Notes: generated by a model not told the origin, from the sequence alone. 64,000 bases of DNA from an uncultured Microthrixaceae bacterium (GCA_963701565.1 CAVPAN010000005.1:409672-473671), one strand, 5' to 3'; positions 1 to 9,457 are shown, counted from the stretch's first letter. Made by a program: numbers and translations.

Positions 1-1854
1 GTCGACACCCACGTGGAACGGCACCGAAGTGACAACCGTGCGCGGCCGGAACAGCAGCCGGGCCTTGAGGGCCAGCGCGTTCTGGTTGTGGAAGATCTGC
101 TCGTACCAGTGGGTGACGACGAACTCGGGCAGGATCACCGTGGTGACGTGGTCCTCGCCGTTGCGGGCGTCGAGCTCGTCGAGGAAGGACAGGACCGGGG
201 GCACGAGGTCCCGGTAGGGGGCCTCGACCACCTCGAGGGGGACCGTCAGGCCGTACTGGCGCCACTGGTCGCGCAGGGCGGCCTCAGCCTCCTCGTCCGG
301 GGCGATGCTGACGGCCAGCAGGTGCTCGGGGTGCAGCCGCTGGGCGTAGTCGATGGCCATCAGCGAGCCCCGGTGCACGCCGGCGACGAGGACGACCGCG
401 GTGTGGGACCGGGTAGGGGCCGTCCAGGCCGGCGTGCAGCGCAAGGCCGCGGCCACGGTGCTGTAGTGCCGGTTGACGCCCTTGAGGGCGACCATGATCA
501 CCGGGATGACGATCGCCGGGATCCACGCCCCGATCGTGAACTTCGAGATGAGCACCACGAGCAGGACGATGAAGGTGGCGACCGCACCGGTGCCGTTGAT
601 GGCCACGCCCGACCGCCAACCCGGGTCCCGGAGCCGCCAGTGGTGCACGACCATGCCGGACTGGGACAGGGTGAAGGCGGTGAAGACGCCGACGGCGTAG
701 AGCGGGATCAGGGCGCTGGTGTCGCCACCGAACGCGACGATCAGGATCAGGGCACCGCCGGCCAGCACCAGGATCCCGTTGCTGAACACCAGCCGGTCGC
801 CCCGGTTGGCCAGCTGACGGGGCAGGAAGCGGTCGCCGGCCATCAGGGAGGCCAGCCGGGGGAAGTCGGCGTAGGCCGTGTTGGCGGCCAGGATGAGGAT
901 CGCCGCGGTGAACGCCTGGAGGGCGTAGTAGACGACGCTGCTGCCGCCGAACACCGCCCGCCCGAGGATCGACAGGATCGTCTGCTCTTCGGAGAGCGTG
1001 GGTTGCAGGCGGTGGGCCAGGACCGAGATGCCCAGGAAGGCCGTGCCCAGGATGACGCCCATCCAGGTCAGCGTGCGTCCCGCATTGCGGCTCTCGGGCG
1101 CCTTGAAGGCACTGACCCCGTTGGATATGGCCTCGACGCCGGTCAGGGCCACGGCGCCGGACGAGAACGCCCGCAGGAGGGCGAAGAGCGTCACGCCACT
1201 GACGAGCGCCCCGTTGTCGGTGAACTGGTCGAGCGACTCCTGGTCGACCGGCAACGGGGGGAGGTCGCCGGTGTAGGACCGGTAGAGGCCGAGGGCGATG
1301 AGCGCGGTCAGGGTGACGATGTAGCCGTAGGTCGGCAAGGCGAAGAGGCGTCCGGACTCCTTGACGCCGCGGAGGTTCCCGAGGGTCAGGATGACGATGA
1401 GGCCGACGCAGATCAGCACCTCGTCGCCTCGGAGCGACGGCACGGCGGAGGTGATGGCGGCGACGCCGGCCGAGATCGACACGGCCACGGTCAGCGTGTA
1501 GTCGACGAGGAGGGAGGCCCCGGCGACGAGCGAGGGGTTGACCCCGAGGTTCTCGCGGGACACCACGTAGGACCCGCCACCGCCGGGGTAGGCGTGGATC
1601 GTCTGGTGGTAGCTGGTCACCACGACGATCAGCAGGAGGATGACGACGATGGAGATCGGGACCAGGTAGTCGAGGGCCGACATCGCGGCCAGAGGCACCA
1701 GGACGACCAGGATCTCCTGGGTGGCGTACGCCGTGGACGAGATGGCGTCGGAGGCGAAGACCGCCAGGGCCGTGGGCTTGCCCAGCCGCTGCTCGCCCTC
1801 GAGGTGGCTCTCGAGGGGGCTGCCGACGACCACCCGCTTGACCGTCGTGTACAT
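1..1854 (-). CDS. APC-superfamily amino acid permease; C-terminal end runs off the window
   Basis: Minus frame is open from pos 1 to ATG at 1854 (alternative GTG at 1860). It is absent from the ORF track because there is no stop in the window. Translation begins MYTTVKRVVVGSPLESHLEGEQRLGKPTALAVFASDAISSTAYATQEIL, followed by many hydrophobic segments and a soluble C-terminal domain. ORF 13..1959 + is its antisense shadow. Confidence 0.85.
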   Translation of the reverse strand, partial: MYTTVKRVVVGSPLESHLEGEQRLGKPTALAVFASDAISSTAYATQEILVVLVPLAAMSALDYLVPISIVVILLLIVVVTSYHQTIHAYPGGGGSYVVSRENLGVNPSLVAGASLLVDYTLTVAVSISAGVAAITSAVPSLRGDEVLICVGLIVILTLGNLRGVKESGRLFALPTYGYIVTLTALIALGLYRSYTGDLPPLPVDQESLDQFTDNGALVSGVTLFALLRAFSSGAVALTGVEAISNGVSAFKAPESRNAGRTLTWMGVILGTAFLGISVLAHRLQPTLSEEQTILSILGRAVFGGSSVVYYALQAFTAAILILAANTAYADFPRLASLMAGDRFLPRQLANRGDRLVFSNGILVLAGGALILIVAFGGDTSALIPLYAVGVFTAFTLSQSGMVVHHWRLRDPGWRSGVAINGTGAVATFIVLLVVLISKFTIGAWIPAIVIPVIMVALKGVNRHYSTVAAALRCTPAWTAPTRSHTAVVLVAGVHRGSLMAIDYAQRLHPEHLLAVSIAPDEEAEAALRDQWRQYGLTVPLEVVEAPYRDLVPPVLSFLDELDARNGEDHVTTVILPEFVVTHWYEQIFHNQNALALKARLLFRPRTVVTSVPFHVGVD

Positions 1855-1922
1855 GCTCACCGTGGGGACGCTACGGCTCGCCCCTTCGTCCTTCGACCGG
1901 GCGTTAAGGACGCGTTAAGGCC

Positions 1923-2444
1923 CTACTCCCCAGCGGGATCGGGGTGGTTCGCGGCGTAGCTCCGCCTGGCCTCGTCGATGGCCTCCAGTGCGGCGTCGCG
2001 GTTGTCCCAGCCGCGTACATCGGCGTCCTTGTGGCGCTCCAGGGCCTTGTAGACCTCGAAGAAGTGGTGGATCTCCTCCAGCAGGTGCTCGGGCACGTCC
2101 GGGAGGTCGTTGTAGGCGTCCCAGCGGGGGTCACCGGCCGGGACACAGAGCACTTTGGCGTCGGGCCCGGCCTCGTCCTTCATCCAGAAGACGCCTATCG
2201 GGCGGGCCCGGATGTGGCAGCCCGGAAAAGTCGACTCGTCGAGCAGCACGAGGACGTCGAGAGGGTCGCCGTCACCGGCCAGGGTGTCGGGGATGAAGCC
2301 GTAGTCGGCCGGGTACTGGGTGGCGGTGAAGAGGTTCCGGTCCAGCCAGACGGCCCCCGAGTCGTGGTCGATCTCGTACTTGTTGCGGGAGCCCTTCGGG
2401 ATCTCGACGACCACCTCGATCCAGTTCCCCGACGGGTCGGCCAT
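1923..2444 (-). CDS. ppa: inorganic pyrophosphatase (family I)
   Basis: 173 aa. Contains IEIPKGSRNKYEID, GDGDPLDVLVL and PGCHIRARPIGVFWMKDEAGPDAKVL, typical of soluble PPase. Confidence 0.95.
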   Translation of the reverse strand: MADPSGNWIEVVVEIPKGSRNKYEIDHDSGAVWLDRNLFTATQYPADYGFIPDTLAGDGDPLDVLVLLDESTFPGCHIRARPIGVFWMKDEAGPDAKVLCVPAGDPRWDAYNDLPDVPEHLLEEIHHFFEVYKALERHKDADVRGWDNRDAALEAIDEARRSYAANHPDPAGE

Positions 2445-2445
2445 G

Positions 2446-3171
2446 TCAGCCCCGCCAGTTCGTGCAGTCGACGCCGTAGCCCTCGAAGAGCTGGATGACG
2501 ATCTCGGGCATCATCGTCTGGGGCGGCCAGTGGTAGTCGTGGGCCCGCTGGGTGGCGGTGTAGGTCACGAACTTCTTGACCTGGTCGAGGTCGAGCAGCA
2601 CGCCCCGACGGGAGACCTGGCGCTCGTAGCGCTCGGCGTGGTCCGGACCGAGCACGAAGTTCATGGCGTCGCACATGGTGACCATGCTCACGTTGTTCCA
2701 GTCGTGCGGGCTGGCCGAGATGTGCATGAGGATCCCCTCGTGGGAGGTCGAGGTGACCTCGAAGTCCTTCGAGGTGATCGTGATCGGCTCCATGCAGCAG
2801 GCGCACCAGCCCTCCAGCCGGAGCTGCTTGCCGGCGAAGGCGGGCATGTTGGACATGGCCGTGGCCTCGCTGGCGCACCCGGCGTAGCTGTGGAACCGGT
2901 CGTCGATGAACACCGCCACCTGGCTGGGATAGGCGCTGAACGGCGGCGCCTTGAGCAGATTGGCGTTCTGGGTGTCGAGGTCGACGGTGAAGATGATCCC
3001 GAGGTCCATGGCCTTGTAGGCGTCGATGATCTGGCGGCGATCCAGGTCGAGGGCCTGGCTGACGTCGCGCAGGCTCGGGGGCCGGGCCTCGTCGCTCCAG
3101 AACCGGAAGACGAACTCACGGACCCGCTTGGCGTCCTCGGTGAACTCGAACGGCGGGACGTTCTGGGCCAT
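2446..3171 (-). CDS. alkylmercury lyase (MerB)-like family protein
   Basis: Internal ATG at 3171 of ORF 2446..3933, preceded by AGGAG. HSYAGCASEATAM resembles MerB YAWCALDTL (Cys-x-x-acidic). TMCDAMNFVLGPDHAERY resembles MerB FCCHVHFFAS. The upstream part of the long ORF is Arg/Pro junk. Confidence 0.6.
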   Translation of the reverse strand: MAQNVPPFEFTEDAKRVREFVFRFWSDEARPPSLRDVSQALDLDRRQIIDAYKAMDLGIIFTVDLDTQNANLLKAPPFSAYPSQVAVFIDDRFHSYAGCASEATAMSNMPAFAGKQLRLEGWCACCMEPITITSKDFEVTSTSHEGILMHISASPHDWNNVSMVTMCDAMNFVLGPDHAERYERQVSRRGVLLDLDQVKKFVTYTATQRAHDYHWPPQTMMPEIVIQLFEGYGVDCTNWRG

Positions 3172-3212
3172 CGTGATCAGTGCTCCTCTTTTGGTTCGGG
3201 TGAGACGGTTGG

Positions 3213-4019
3213 TCAGCGGGCGAGCAGGTTGAGGCGGGCGGTCAGCGGGAACTGCGCACAGACCGGAGGGAGATCCAGGGGGCCGTCGAGCTTGTGGACC
3301 GTGGTGCCGAGGGCGCCGGCGAGACGGCTGAGCGACGCCGCGGGGCTCTCCACGTCCCGGCTGGGGTCGAGGATGATGAGGGTGTCCTCGGCGCCGAGGT
3401 CGGTGACCAGCCCGCCGAGCAGGTCGGCGGCGTCGACGCCCTCCGCCGGCATCCCGGTGGCCCGGAAGGCGACGGCCGCGTGGCGGGCCGTGACCGAGCC
3501 GGGCCCGCCACCGGTGATCAGCAGGGCCCGCTGGGGTGGCTCGAGGTCGGGGAGGCGGGGGTCGATGGCGACCGCGGCCACGGCGCCCGGAATCCGTTCC
3601 AGGTCGGCCAGGGTGGCGCCGACGGCCCCGCCCGCCAGGGCGATGCGGGCCAGGCGCATCGCCGCGGTGAGGTGTCGGGTCGTGCTGTCGTCCCCGACGT
3701 CCGTCTCGGGCAGCTCGACCACCAGGGCGCCGGCGCCGGCAGCCGCCCGCTGGCCGAACTCGAGGAACTCGTCGTCGGGGCCCACCAGCACGACGGTGTC
3801 CGCCGGTCCGATGAGTCCGGGGAACTGGGCGTGGCCGTCGGTGCTGATGGCCCGGCACGACCGTCCGGAGCCGGCGAAGAGGTGGGTCACCAGCTCGGCC
3901 GCGTCGTGGTGGCTTCCGGTGCCGAGAAGCCACAGATGCGCCGGTAGCCCGATGCCGGGCAGGGGCTCCTCCAGGGCGTCAGCCAGCGCCGCGGCGAGAT
4001 CGAGGGGGTCGACGGCCAT
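3213..4019 (-). CDS. hypothetical protein, SIS-domain-like
   Basis: 268-aa ORF with coding-like composition. LLGTGSHHDAAELV and LLITGGGPGSVTARHAAVAFR look like two SIS-type phosphosugar-binding repeats. The function call is weak. Confidence 0.5.
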   Translation of the reverse strand: MAVDPLDLAAALADALEEPLPGIGLPAHLWLLGTGSHHDAAELVTHLFAGSGRSCRAISTDGHAQFPGLIGPADTVVLVGPDDEFLEFGQRAAAGAGALVVELPETDVGDDSTTRHLTAAMRLARIALAGGAVGATLADLERIPGAVAAVAIDPRLPDLEPPQRALLITGGGPGSVTARHAAVAFRATGMPAEGVDAADLLGGLVTDLGAEDTLIILDPSRDVESPAASLSRLAGALGTTVHKLDGPLDLPPVCAQFPLTARLNLLAR

Positions 4020-4024
4020 GGCGG

Positions 4025-5665
4025 TCAGCGGGCGGCGAACCGGGCCCGGAGGGCTTCGGCGTCATCGGCGGTCATCAGCGCGTAGTCGCCATCGCGCCCG
4101 GGGCGCCACCAGACAGGGTCGGTGACGTCCCAGCCCTCGGTGCGCAACTGTCGCTTGAGGACCTTGTTGGTGGCGGTCGCGGGGAGGGCGTCGGTGACCC
4201 GGAGGTAGCGGGGCGCCCACTTGGTCCCCAGGTCGGCTTGGTCGTCGAGGAAGGCGGCGAGCCCGGCCCCGTCGAATCCATCGGGCCCGGCCACCACGGC
4301 CGCCATCACCTGGTCGCCGACCAACTCGTCGGGGACGGCGTAGACGGCGACCTCGCTGATGTCGGGGTGGCGGGCCAGGATCCGCTCGACCGGGGCGGCG
4401 GCGAAGTTCTCGCCGTCCACCCGCAGCCACTCGAAGCCCCGGCCGGCGAAGTAGACGAAGCCGTCGGCGTCGAGGTACGCAAGGTCGCCCGTCCAGTAGA
4501 CGCCGTCGCGGACCCGCTGCCGGTTGGCCTCGTCGTTGTTGTAGTAGCCCTCGAAGCCTGCGGCCCCGGTCGTGCTGACCATCTCGCCGATGGCCTCGTC
4601 GGGGTTGAGGAGCACGCCATCGACGTCGAAGCGGGCCGGGGGACAGGCCTCGCCGGTCTCGGGGTCGCGGACCTCGATCCCGTCGCCGGCCCGCCCCAGG
4701 GACCCCGGCGGCTGCTCGGGGTCCCTGGTGACCACGGCGCCGCCCTCGGTCGAGCCGTAGTTGTCCACGACGAAGGCCCCGAAGCGCGCCGCGAAGCGCT
4801 GGACGTCCCCTTCAGCGGCCTCGTTGCCGAACACCACCTTGAGCGGGTTGTCGGCGTCGTCGGGCTGTTCGGGGGTGGCCAGCGCGTAGGCCAACGGCTT
4901 GCCCACGTAGTTGAAGTAGGTGACCCCGAAGGCGCGGATGTCCTCGATGAGGCCGGAGGCGGAGAACTTCCGGCGCAGGGCCATCGTCATCCCCCCGACC
5001 ACGGCCGGGGCCCAGCCCGCGAACAGGGCGTTGGAGTGGAACAGCGGCATCGCCAGGTAGGCGCAGTCCTCGGTCCCGAGGCCGAACCCGGCGGACAGGC
5101 CGAGGCCGGCCCGGGCGAGGCGGCCCTGGGAGCAGATGCAGGCCTTGGGCGCACCGGTGGTCCCGGAGGTGAAGAGCAGGAGGAACTGCGTGCCGTCATC
5201 GATCGCGAGGCCGACCGACGGTGCGCCGCGGTGCTCGGCCACGATCATGGCGAAGCCGTCGGAGTCGACGTCGAGGACCCGGTCGTCGCCCAGACCGAGA
5301 TCGAGGCCGTCCAGCAGGGGCCGGTGGGCGGGCTCGGTGACGATGAGCTGGCAGTCGGTGTGGCGGATGTCCCGGGCCAGTTCCTCGCCGCGGCGTGTGG
5401 GGTTGATGCCCACCAGGGTGGCCCCGGCCAGCGCGGCGCCACCGAGCCACATGGGGAAGTCGGGCACGTTGTCGAGCAGGACCCCGACGTGGAAGGGCGC
5501 GTCGTCGACCCGCAGGTCCTCGAGCAGCGCCGCTCGGGCCCGGCACTCGATCACGTACTCGGCCCAGGACCACGTCCGGGTCGGCTCGTCGCGGGACTCC
5601 CGGAAGCGGATGGCGTCGTGGGTGTCGTCGGCCCTGACCGCGAGGAGATCGGCGAAGTTGGCCAT
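4025..5665 (-). CDS. acyl-CoA synthetase (AMP-forming)
   Basis: 546 aa, intact. AMP-binding motifs LLFTSGTTGAPKA, GSTEGG and WTGDLAYLDADGFVYFAGR, with C-terminal KVLKRQLR. Confidence 0.9.
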   Translation of the reverse strand: MANFADLLAVRADDTHDAIRFRESRDEPTRTWSWAEYVIECRARAALLEDLRVDDAPFHVGVLLDNVPDFPMWLGGAALAGATLVGINPTRRGEELARDIRHTDCQLIVTEPAHRPLLDGLDLGLGDDRVLDVDSDGFAMIVAEHRGAPSVGLAIDDGTQFLLLFTSGTTGAPKACICSQGRLARAGLGLSAGFGLGTEDCAYLAMPLFHSNALFAGWAPAVVGGMTMALRRKFSASGLIEDIRAFGVTYFNYVGKPLAYALATPEQPDDADNPLKVVFGNEAAEGDVQRFAARFGAFVVDNYGSTEGGAVVTRDPEQPPGSLGRAGDGIEVRDPETGEACPPARFDVDGVLLNPDEAIGEMVSTTGAAGFEGYYNNDEANRQRVRDGVYWTGDLAYLDADGFVYFAGRGFEWLRVDGENFAAAPVERILARHPDISEVAVYAVPDELVGDQVMAAVVAGPDGFDGAGLAAFLDDQADLGTKWAPRYLRVTDALPATATNKVLKRQLRTEGWDVTDPVWWRPGRDGDYALMTADDAEALRARFAAR

Positions 5666-5734
5666 CGTCAGGTGGGCGGGCGCTCGGGGGCGCCTCGCCT
5701 CTCCGGTGTCGTGCTCACCGGCCCATCATCGCCC

Positions 5735-6877
5735 TCAGACGGGCTGGGGGCGTACTTGCTGCTCGCGCTGGCGAGTCGTGCTGTGCACGGGATCCTTGTC
5801 GTAGGCCGGGATCAGGTGGCGGCCGAAGGTCTCGACGGCCTCGACCGCGACCTCCACGGGCATGGTCGTCGAGAGCATCCCGAACACGAGCTGATCGGCT
5901 CCGGTGGACTCGTAGCGGGCCACGCACCGGTCGACCTCCTCGGGCGAGCCGATGGCCATGAGGCCCCGCTCGACGGCCTGCTCGATCTGGTCGAGGGTCG
6001 GTTCGGGGATCAGGGCCGGCCACTCGGGGATCCCGTCGGGGCGCGGAAACGTGTCCAGGTACCGGAACAGGTTCGACGTGTGGTAGCCGGTGGTCATCTC
6101 CGTGGCGATCTGCTTGGCCCGGCCTCCGTCCTCCAGGCAGAGCATCTGGGTCGTCACCATGATGTTGTCGTTCACGTACGCCCCGACCGGCTCGGCGTCC
6201 TGGATCGCCGTCTTGTACATCTCGATCAGCGGCTTGAGCGCCTCGGGGTCCGAGATGCCGAAGCAGAGGACGCCGAGGCCCATCCGGCCCGCCTTCTCGA
6301 AGGTGGAGGGATTGCCCGCCGCGACCCACAGGGGTGGGTGGGGCCGGGTCAGGGGCTTGGGCAGGACGTTGCGGGGCGGCATCGAGAAGAACCGGCCCTC
6401 GAAGCTGTAGTCGTCCTCCTGCCACATGCGCACGATCTGGGGCAGGGCCTCGTCGAACATGGCCTTGGTCAGGTCGGGGTCGTCGATGCCGAAGCCGGCC
6501 TGCTCGGTGGTGGACGAGCCCCGCCCGGTGCCGAACTCGAAGCGGCCGCCGGAGAGGTGGTCGATCATCGCCACCCGCTCGGCGACCCGAGCGGGGTGGT
6601 TGACCGGCGGCGTGATGTTGATGATGCCGCTACCGAGGTGGATGTTCTCGGTGACCCCGGCGAGGTAGGCCAGGAAGGACTCGTTGGCCGAGAGGTGGGA
6701 GTACTCCTCGAGGAAGTGGTGCTCGGTGGCCCAGGTGTACTTGAACCCCGCCCGGTCGGCGGCCCTGGTCCAGGTCACCTCGTCGAGCAGGCGGGTGTGC
6801 TCGACGAGCTCGGGGTCCGGGCCGGCATCGACGGCCGACTTGGGGCAGTAGAGGCTGTTGAAGACGCCGAACTCCAT
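5735..6877 (-). CDS. LLM-class flavin-dependent oxidoreductase
   Basis: 380 aa. MEFGVFN...WATEHHF...GSGIINI...GGRFEFGTGRG is the typical luciferase-like monooxygenase layout. Confidence 0.9.
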   Translation of the reverse strand: MEFGVFNSLYCPKSAVDAGPDPELVEHTRLLDEVTWTRAADRAGFKYTWATEHHFLEEYSHLSANESFLAYLAGVTENIHLGSGIINITPPVNHPARVAERVAMIDHLSGGRFEFGTGRGSSTTEQAGFGIDDPDLTKAMFDEALPQIVRMWQEDDYSFEGRFFSMPPRNVLPKPLTRPHPPLWVAAGNPSTFEKAGRMGLGVLCFGISDPEALKPLIEMYKTAIQDAEPVGAYVNDNIMVTTQMLCLEDGGRAKQIATEMTTGYHTSNLFRYLDTFPRPDGIPEWPALIPEPTLDQIEQAVERGLMAIGSPEEVDRCVARYESTGADQLVFGMLSTTMPVEVAVEAVETFGRHLIPAYDKDPVHSTTRQREQQVRPQPV

Positions 6878-6899
6878 GGGTGGCGAAGCTACCAGGAAC

Positions 6900-6913
6900 T
6901 AGAACGTGTTTCA
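6900..6913. promoter_or_regulatory. KstR-type operator TAGAACGTGTTTCA
   Basis: Fits TnnAACnnGTTnnA exactly. It lies 23-36 nt upstream of the LLM oxidoreductase ATG (6877). Confidence 0.5.
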
Positions 6914-6921
6914 GTTTGGGG

Positions 6922-7350
6922 TCAGGGCCGGAGGCCAGGGGGCCACCTGTGCCAGACGGGCTCCTCGCGGCGGGACGCGATTCGCCAGCCGTCGGGCGTG
7001 CGCACCAAGGTGTCGTGGTAGCGGCCGCCTTCGTCGAGGACGGTCCTGTCGCCGCCCTTCAGCACACACGGGTTGTAGAGGTAGCTGACGGCCGTGGCCG
7101 TGTCCCCGTCGAGCACGACGGCCCGGTTGGTGACGTAGTGCATGTGGAACTCGAAGAAGCCCATCACCTCGGAGAGCCAGGCCTTGAAGGCGGCCGGGTC
7201 GCCGCGGAAGCCCCCGACCACCTCGTAGTCACAGTCGGCGTCGGCCGTGAACACGTCGTCGAGGAGGTCGAAGTCCTTCGTGTCGATGGCCGTCGAGTAC
7301 CGCACCAGGAGGTCGTCGATCTCGATGCGGTCCCGGGCCCAGTCGCTCAT
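6922..7350 (-). CDS. SnoaL/NTF2-like fold protein
   Basis: 142 aa. The N-terminus IEIDDLLVRYSTAIDTKDFDLLDDVFTAD and C-terminal YHDTLVRTPDGWRI are typical of the SnoaL_4 family. Confidence 0.8.
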   Translation of the reverse strand: MSDWARDRIEIDDLLVRYSTAIDTKDFDLLDDVFTADADCDYEVVGGFRGDPAAFKAWLSEVMGFFEFHMHYVTNRAVVLDGDTATAVSYLYNPCVLKGGDRTVLDEGGRYHDTLVRTPDGWRIASRREEPVWHRWPPGLRP

Positions 7351-7376
7351 GGGCGGCAGCGTAGGGTCTGGCCGAT

Positions 7377-7697
7377 ATGGCGAAGAACCCGGACTGCGAC
7401 CTCTGCGAGGCGGCCCAGATCACCCACTGGTTCCACGAGGACGACGTGTGCTGGATCGCCGAGTGCGAGCTGTGCTCGACCCCGATGGTGGTGTGGAAGG
7501 ACCACGGCACGGAGCCGCCGGGTGACGCCAAGGGCCACATGCACGACCAGTTGGGCCGGGTGGCCATCGCCACGATCGGCGAGTTCTACGTCGACGACAA
7601 CATGCGCAACATCCCGGACCACTACCACGCCCACGCCCGACCCAAGGGGGGCTTCTTCGGCCACCACCTGCGCCACACCTGGATCACCCCCTCGTGA
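7377..7697 (+). CDS. small Cys-rich HIT-like protein
   Basis: 106 aa. N-terminal CDLC...C..ECELC cysteine cluster. C-terminal DHYHAHARP fits the HxHxHxx histidine triad. The stop overlaps the GTG of the next gene (GTGA). Confidence 0.5.
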   Translation: MAKNPDCDLCEAAQITHWFHEDDVCWIAECELCSTPMVVWKDHGTEPPGDAKGHMHDQLGRVAIATIGEFYVDDNMRNIPDHYHAHARPKGGFFGHHLRHTWITPS

Positions 7698-8560
7698 CCA
7701 GTTGGCGGGTCGGCGACGTCCGCATCACGAAGGTCCCGCAGATGACCTGGACCATCCCGTTCGTCGGGTTCGTTCCCGACGCCACCGCCGTCGCGAGCGC
7801 CGAGGTGGCGCCGGGGCTCCTTGCCGACGACGGGATGGCCGACATCTCGGTGCACGGCCTGGTCGTGGAGTCGCGCGACCGGACGATCCTGGTCGACACC
7901 TGCGCCGGACACGACCCGGTCGCCCAGGGCATCCTCGCCACCGTCCGCCTGTTCGGGTCGGTCCAGGACCACCATGCCACCGTGCGGGACGCGGTGGTGG
8001 CCGCCGGCTGGGTGGCCGAGGACATCGACACCGTGGTGTGCACGCACCTGCACTTCGACCACGTCGGCGGCAACGTGATCGACGATGCCCCGGCCTTCCC
8101 CGCCGCCCGGTACGTGACCGCCGGTGACGAGTGGGGGTACTGGTCCACCGCAGAGCCCGACGACACCTACGCGTCGGTCGAGCACAGCGTGCGCCCCCTG
8201 GTCGAACGGGGCCTGGTCGACCTGGTGGACCCCGATCACGCCCTGACCGACGAGGTCTGTCTCGTCCCCACGCCGGGTCACACCCCGGGTCACGTGAGCG
8301 TGGAGATCACCTCGGGCGGGGAAGCGGCCGTCGTCACCGGCGACGTGGCCCACCACCCCCTCGAGTTCCTGGCGCCGGAGTGGACGATGATCGCCGATGT
8401 CGACCCGGTGCAGGCGGTCGACACCCGTCGGGCGTTCATCGACCGCTACGGCGACGGCGAGACGCTGGTCCTCGGCACCCATTTCGGGGGATCCTCGGCG
8501 GGCCACCTCGATGCCTCTGCCCGCACCTGGACCCCCGCAGCCGACCGTTCGGGCGCCTGA
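7694..8560 (+). CDS. MBL-fold metallo-hydrolase (lactonase-like)
   Basis: 288 aa. Has the HLHFDHVGG (HxHxDH) motif and a downstream TPGHTPGH. Confidence 0.85.
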   Translation: MTSWRVGDVRITKVPQMTWTIPFVGFVPDATAVASAEVAPGLLADDGMADISVHGLVVESRDRTILVDTCAGHDPVAQGILATVRLFGSVQDHHATVRDAVVAAGWVAEDIDTVVCTHLHFDHVGGNVIDDAPAFPAARYVTAGDEWGYWSTAEPDDTYASVEHSVRPLVERGLVDLVDPDHALTDEVCLVPTPGHTPGHVSVEITSGGEAAVVTGDVAHHPLEFLAPEWTMIADVDPVQAVDTRRAFIDRYGDGETLVLGTHFGGSSAGHLDASARTWTPAADRSGA

Positions 8561-8568
8561 TCCTGGTG

Positions 8569-8598
8569 CCCGGGCCCGACATCGGGCGCCGGCCCGGG
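8569..8598. terminator. GC hairpin between convergent genes
   Basis: CCCGGGCC (8569-8576) pairs with GGCCCGGG (8591-8598), loop 14 nt. It lies between the MBL stop (8560) and the ABC-2 permease stop (8603). There is no clear U-tract. Confidence 0.35.
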
Positions 8599-8602
8599 TG
8601 GG

Positions 8603-9457
8603 TCAGCCCGTCGAGGCGACATCCCGGCGGGCGAAGAGGGTGAGGGCGAGAGCGGCGAGGGCGGTCAGATAGACGGCGGAGACCACCACCGGTCGGCCGG
8701 AGGTCATGAAGGAGCCATCCGAGAGGGGCGTGCCGTCGTTGAGGTAGAGGCGGCCGGCGTTGGTGGTGAGCAACCAGCGGTCGCTCCACGGCTTCCACGC
8801 CCGCAGGATGGGTTCGGCGATCGACACGATCACGAACCCGGCGGCGACGGCCACGGTGGTGTTGCGGCCGATCATCGCCAGCATCGCCGCGGTCATGGAG
8901 GCGAGGGCCGCGAGGGCCCCACCCCGGGCGATCCCCTCGGCGAACCCGAGGAACCAGTCGGCGTCAGCCCCGTCGAAGGAGCCGTTCGTCGCGATGTTGG
9001 GCAGCAGCACGGCCACGAACACGCCCTGCAGCACCACCGAGAACAGGAAGGCCACGATCCCGGCTCCGAGGAACTTGGCCGCCGCCAGCCGGACCCGTCG
9101 GGGTTCCCAGGTCAGCGCCGTGGTGATCGTCCCGGCCCGCCACTCGGCGCCGACCATCGACGCCCCGATGACCAGCCCGGCCATGACCAGCGGAACGGCG
9201 GCCAGGGCCAGGATCGGCTCGAATCCGTCGGATGGCCAGAACTCGACCAGGTCGAGCGTGAAGGGGGACGGGTCCTGGCCGCCCTCGACGACGACGGCGA
9301 AGCCCTCGTCGACGGACGGGGCCTTCGAGTCCTCGCGGAAGTTGAGGAAGGCGCCGAGCAGGAAGCCACCCACGAAGACCAGAGCCAGCACCCGCACCAT
9401 GCGGCGGGCGAAGCCCCGCTGGACCTCGACCAGCATGGTTCGGGGGAACGGTGTCAT
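8603..9457 (-). CDS. ABC-2 type transporter permease
   Basis: 284 aa with about 6 hydrophobic segments. ATGA overlap with the upstream ATPase gene. Confidence 0.8.
   Translation of the reverse strand: MTPFPRTMLVEVQRGFARRMVRVLALVFVGGFLLGAFLNFREDSKAPSVDEGFAVVVEGGQDPSPFTLDLVEFWPSDGFEPILALAAVPLVMAGLVIGASMVGAEWRAGTITTALTWEPRRVRLAAAKFLGAGIVAFLFSVVLQGVFVAVLLPNIATNGSFDGADADWFLGFAEGIARGGALAALASMTAAMLAMIGRNTTVAVAAGFVIVSIAEPILRAWKPWSDRWLLTTNAGRLYLNDGTPLSDGSFMTSGRPVVVSAVYLTALAALALTLFARRDVASTG

Noticed and set aside
2446-3171. Mercury-resistance island.
   Set aside because: There is only a single divergent MerB-like gene, with no merR/T/P/A and no mobile-element genes or compositional shift.
13-7021. 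Very long plus-strand ORFs (13..1959, 2320..4125, 4238..7021). Similar cases elsewhere include 12384..13859 -, 13291..14652 -, 28433..30103 +, 33044..34300 - and 57068..58996 +.
   Set aside because: Their translations are Arg/Gly/Pro/Asp-rich low-complexity strings with no motifs. Each lies exactly antisense to a gene with a clear family signature. These are the usual shadow ORFs of a high-GC genome.
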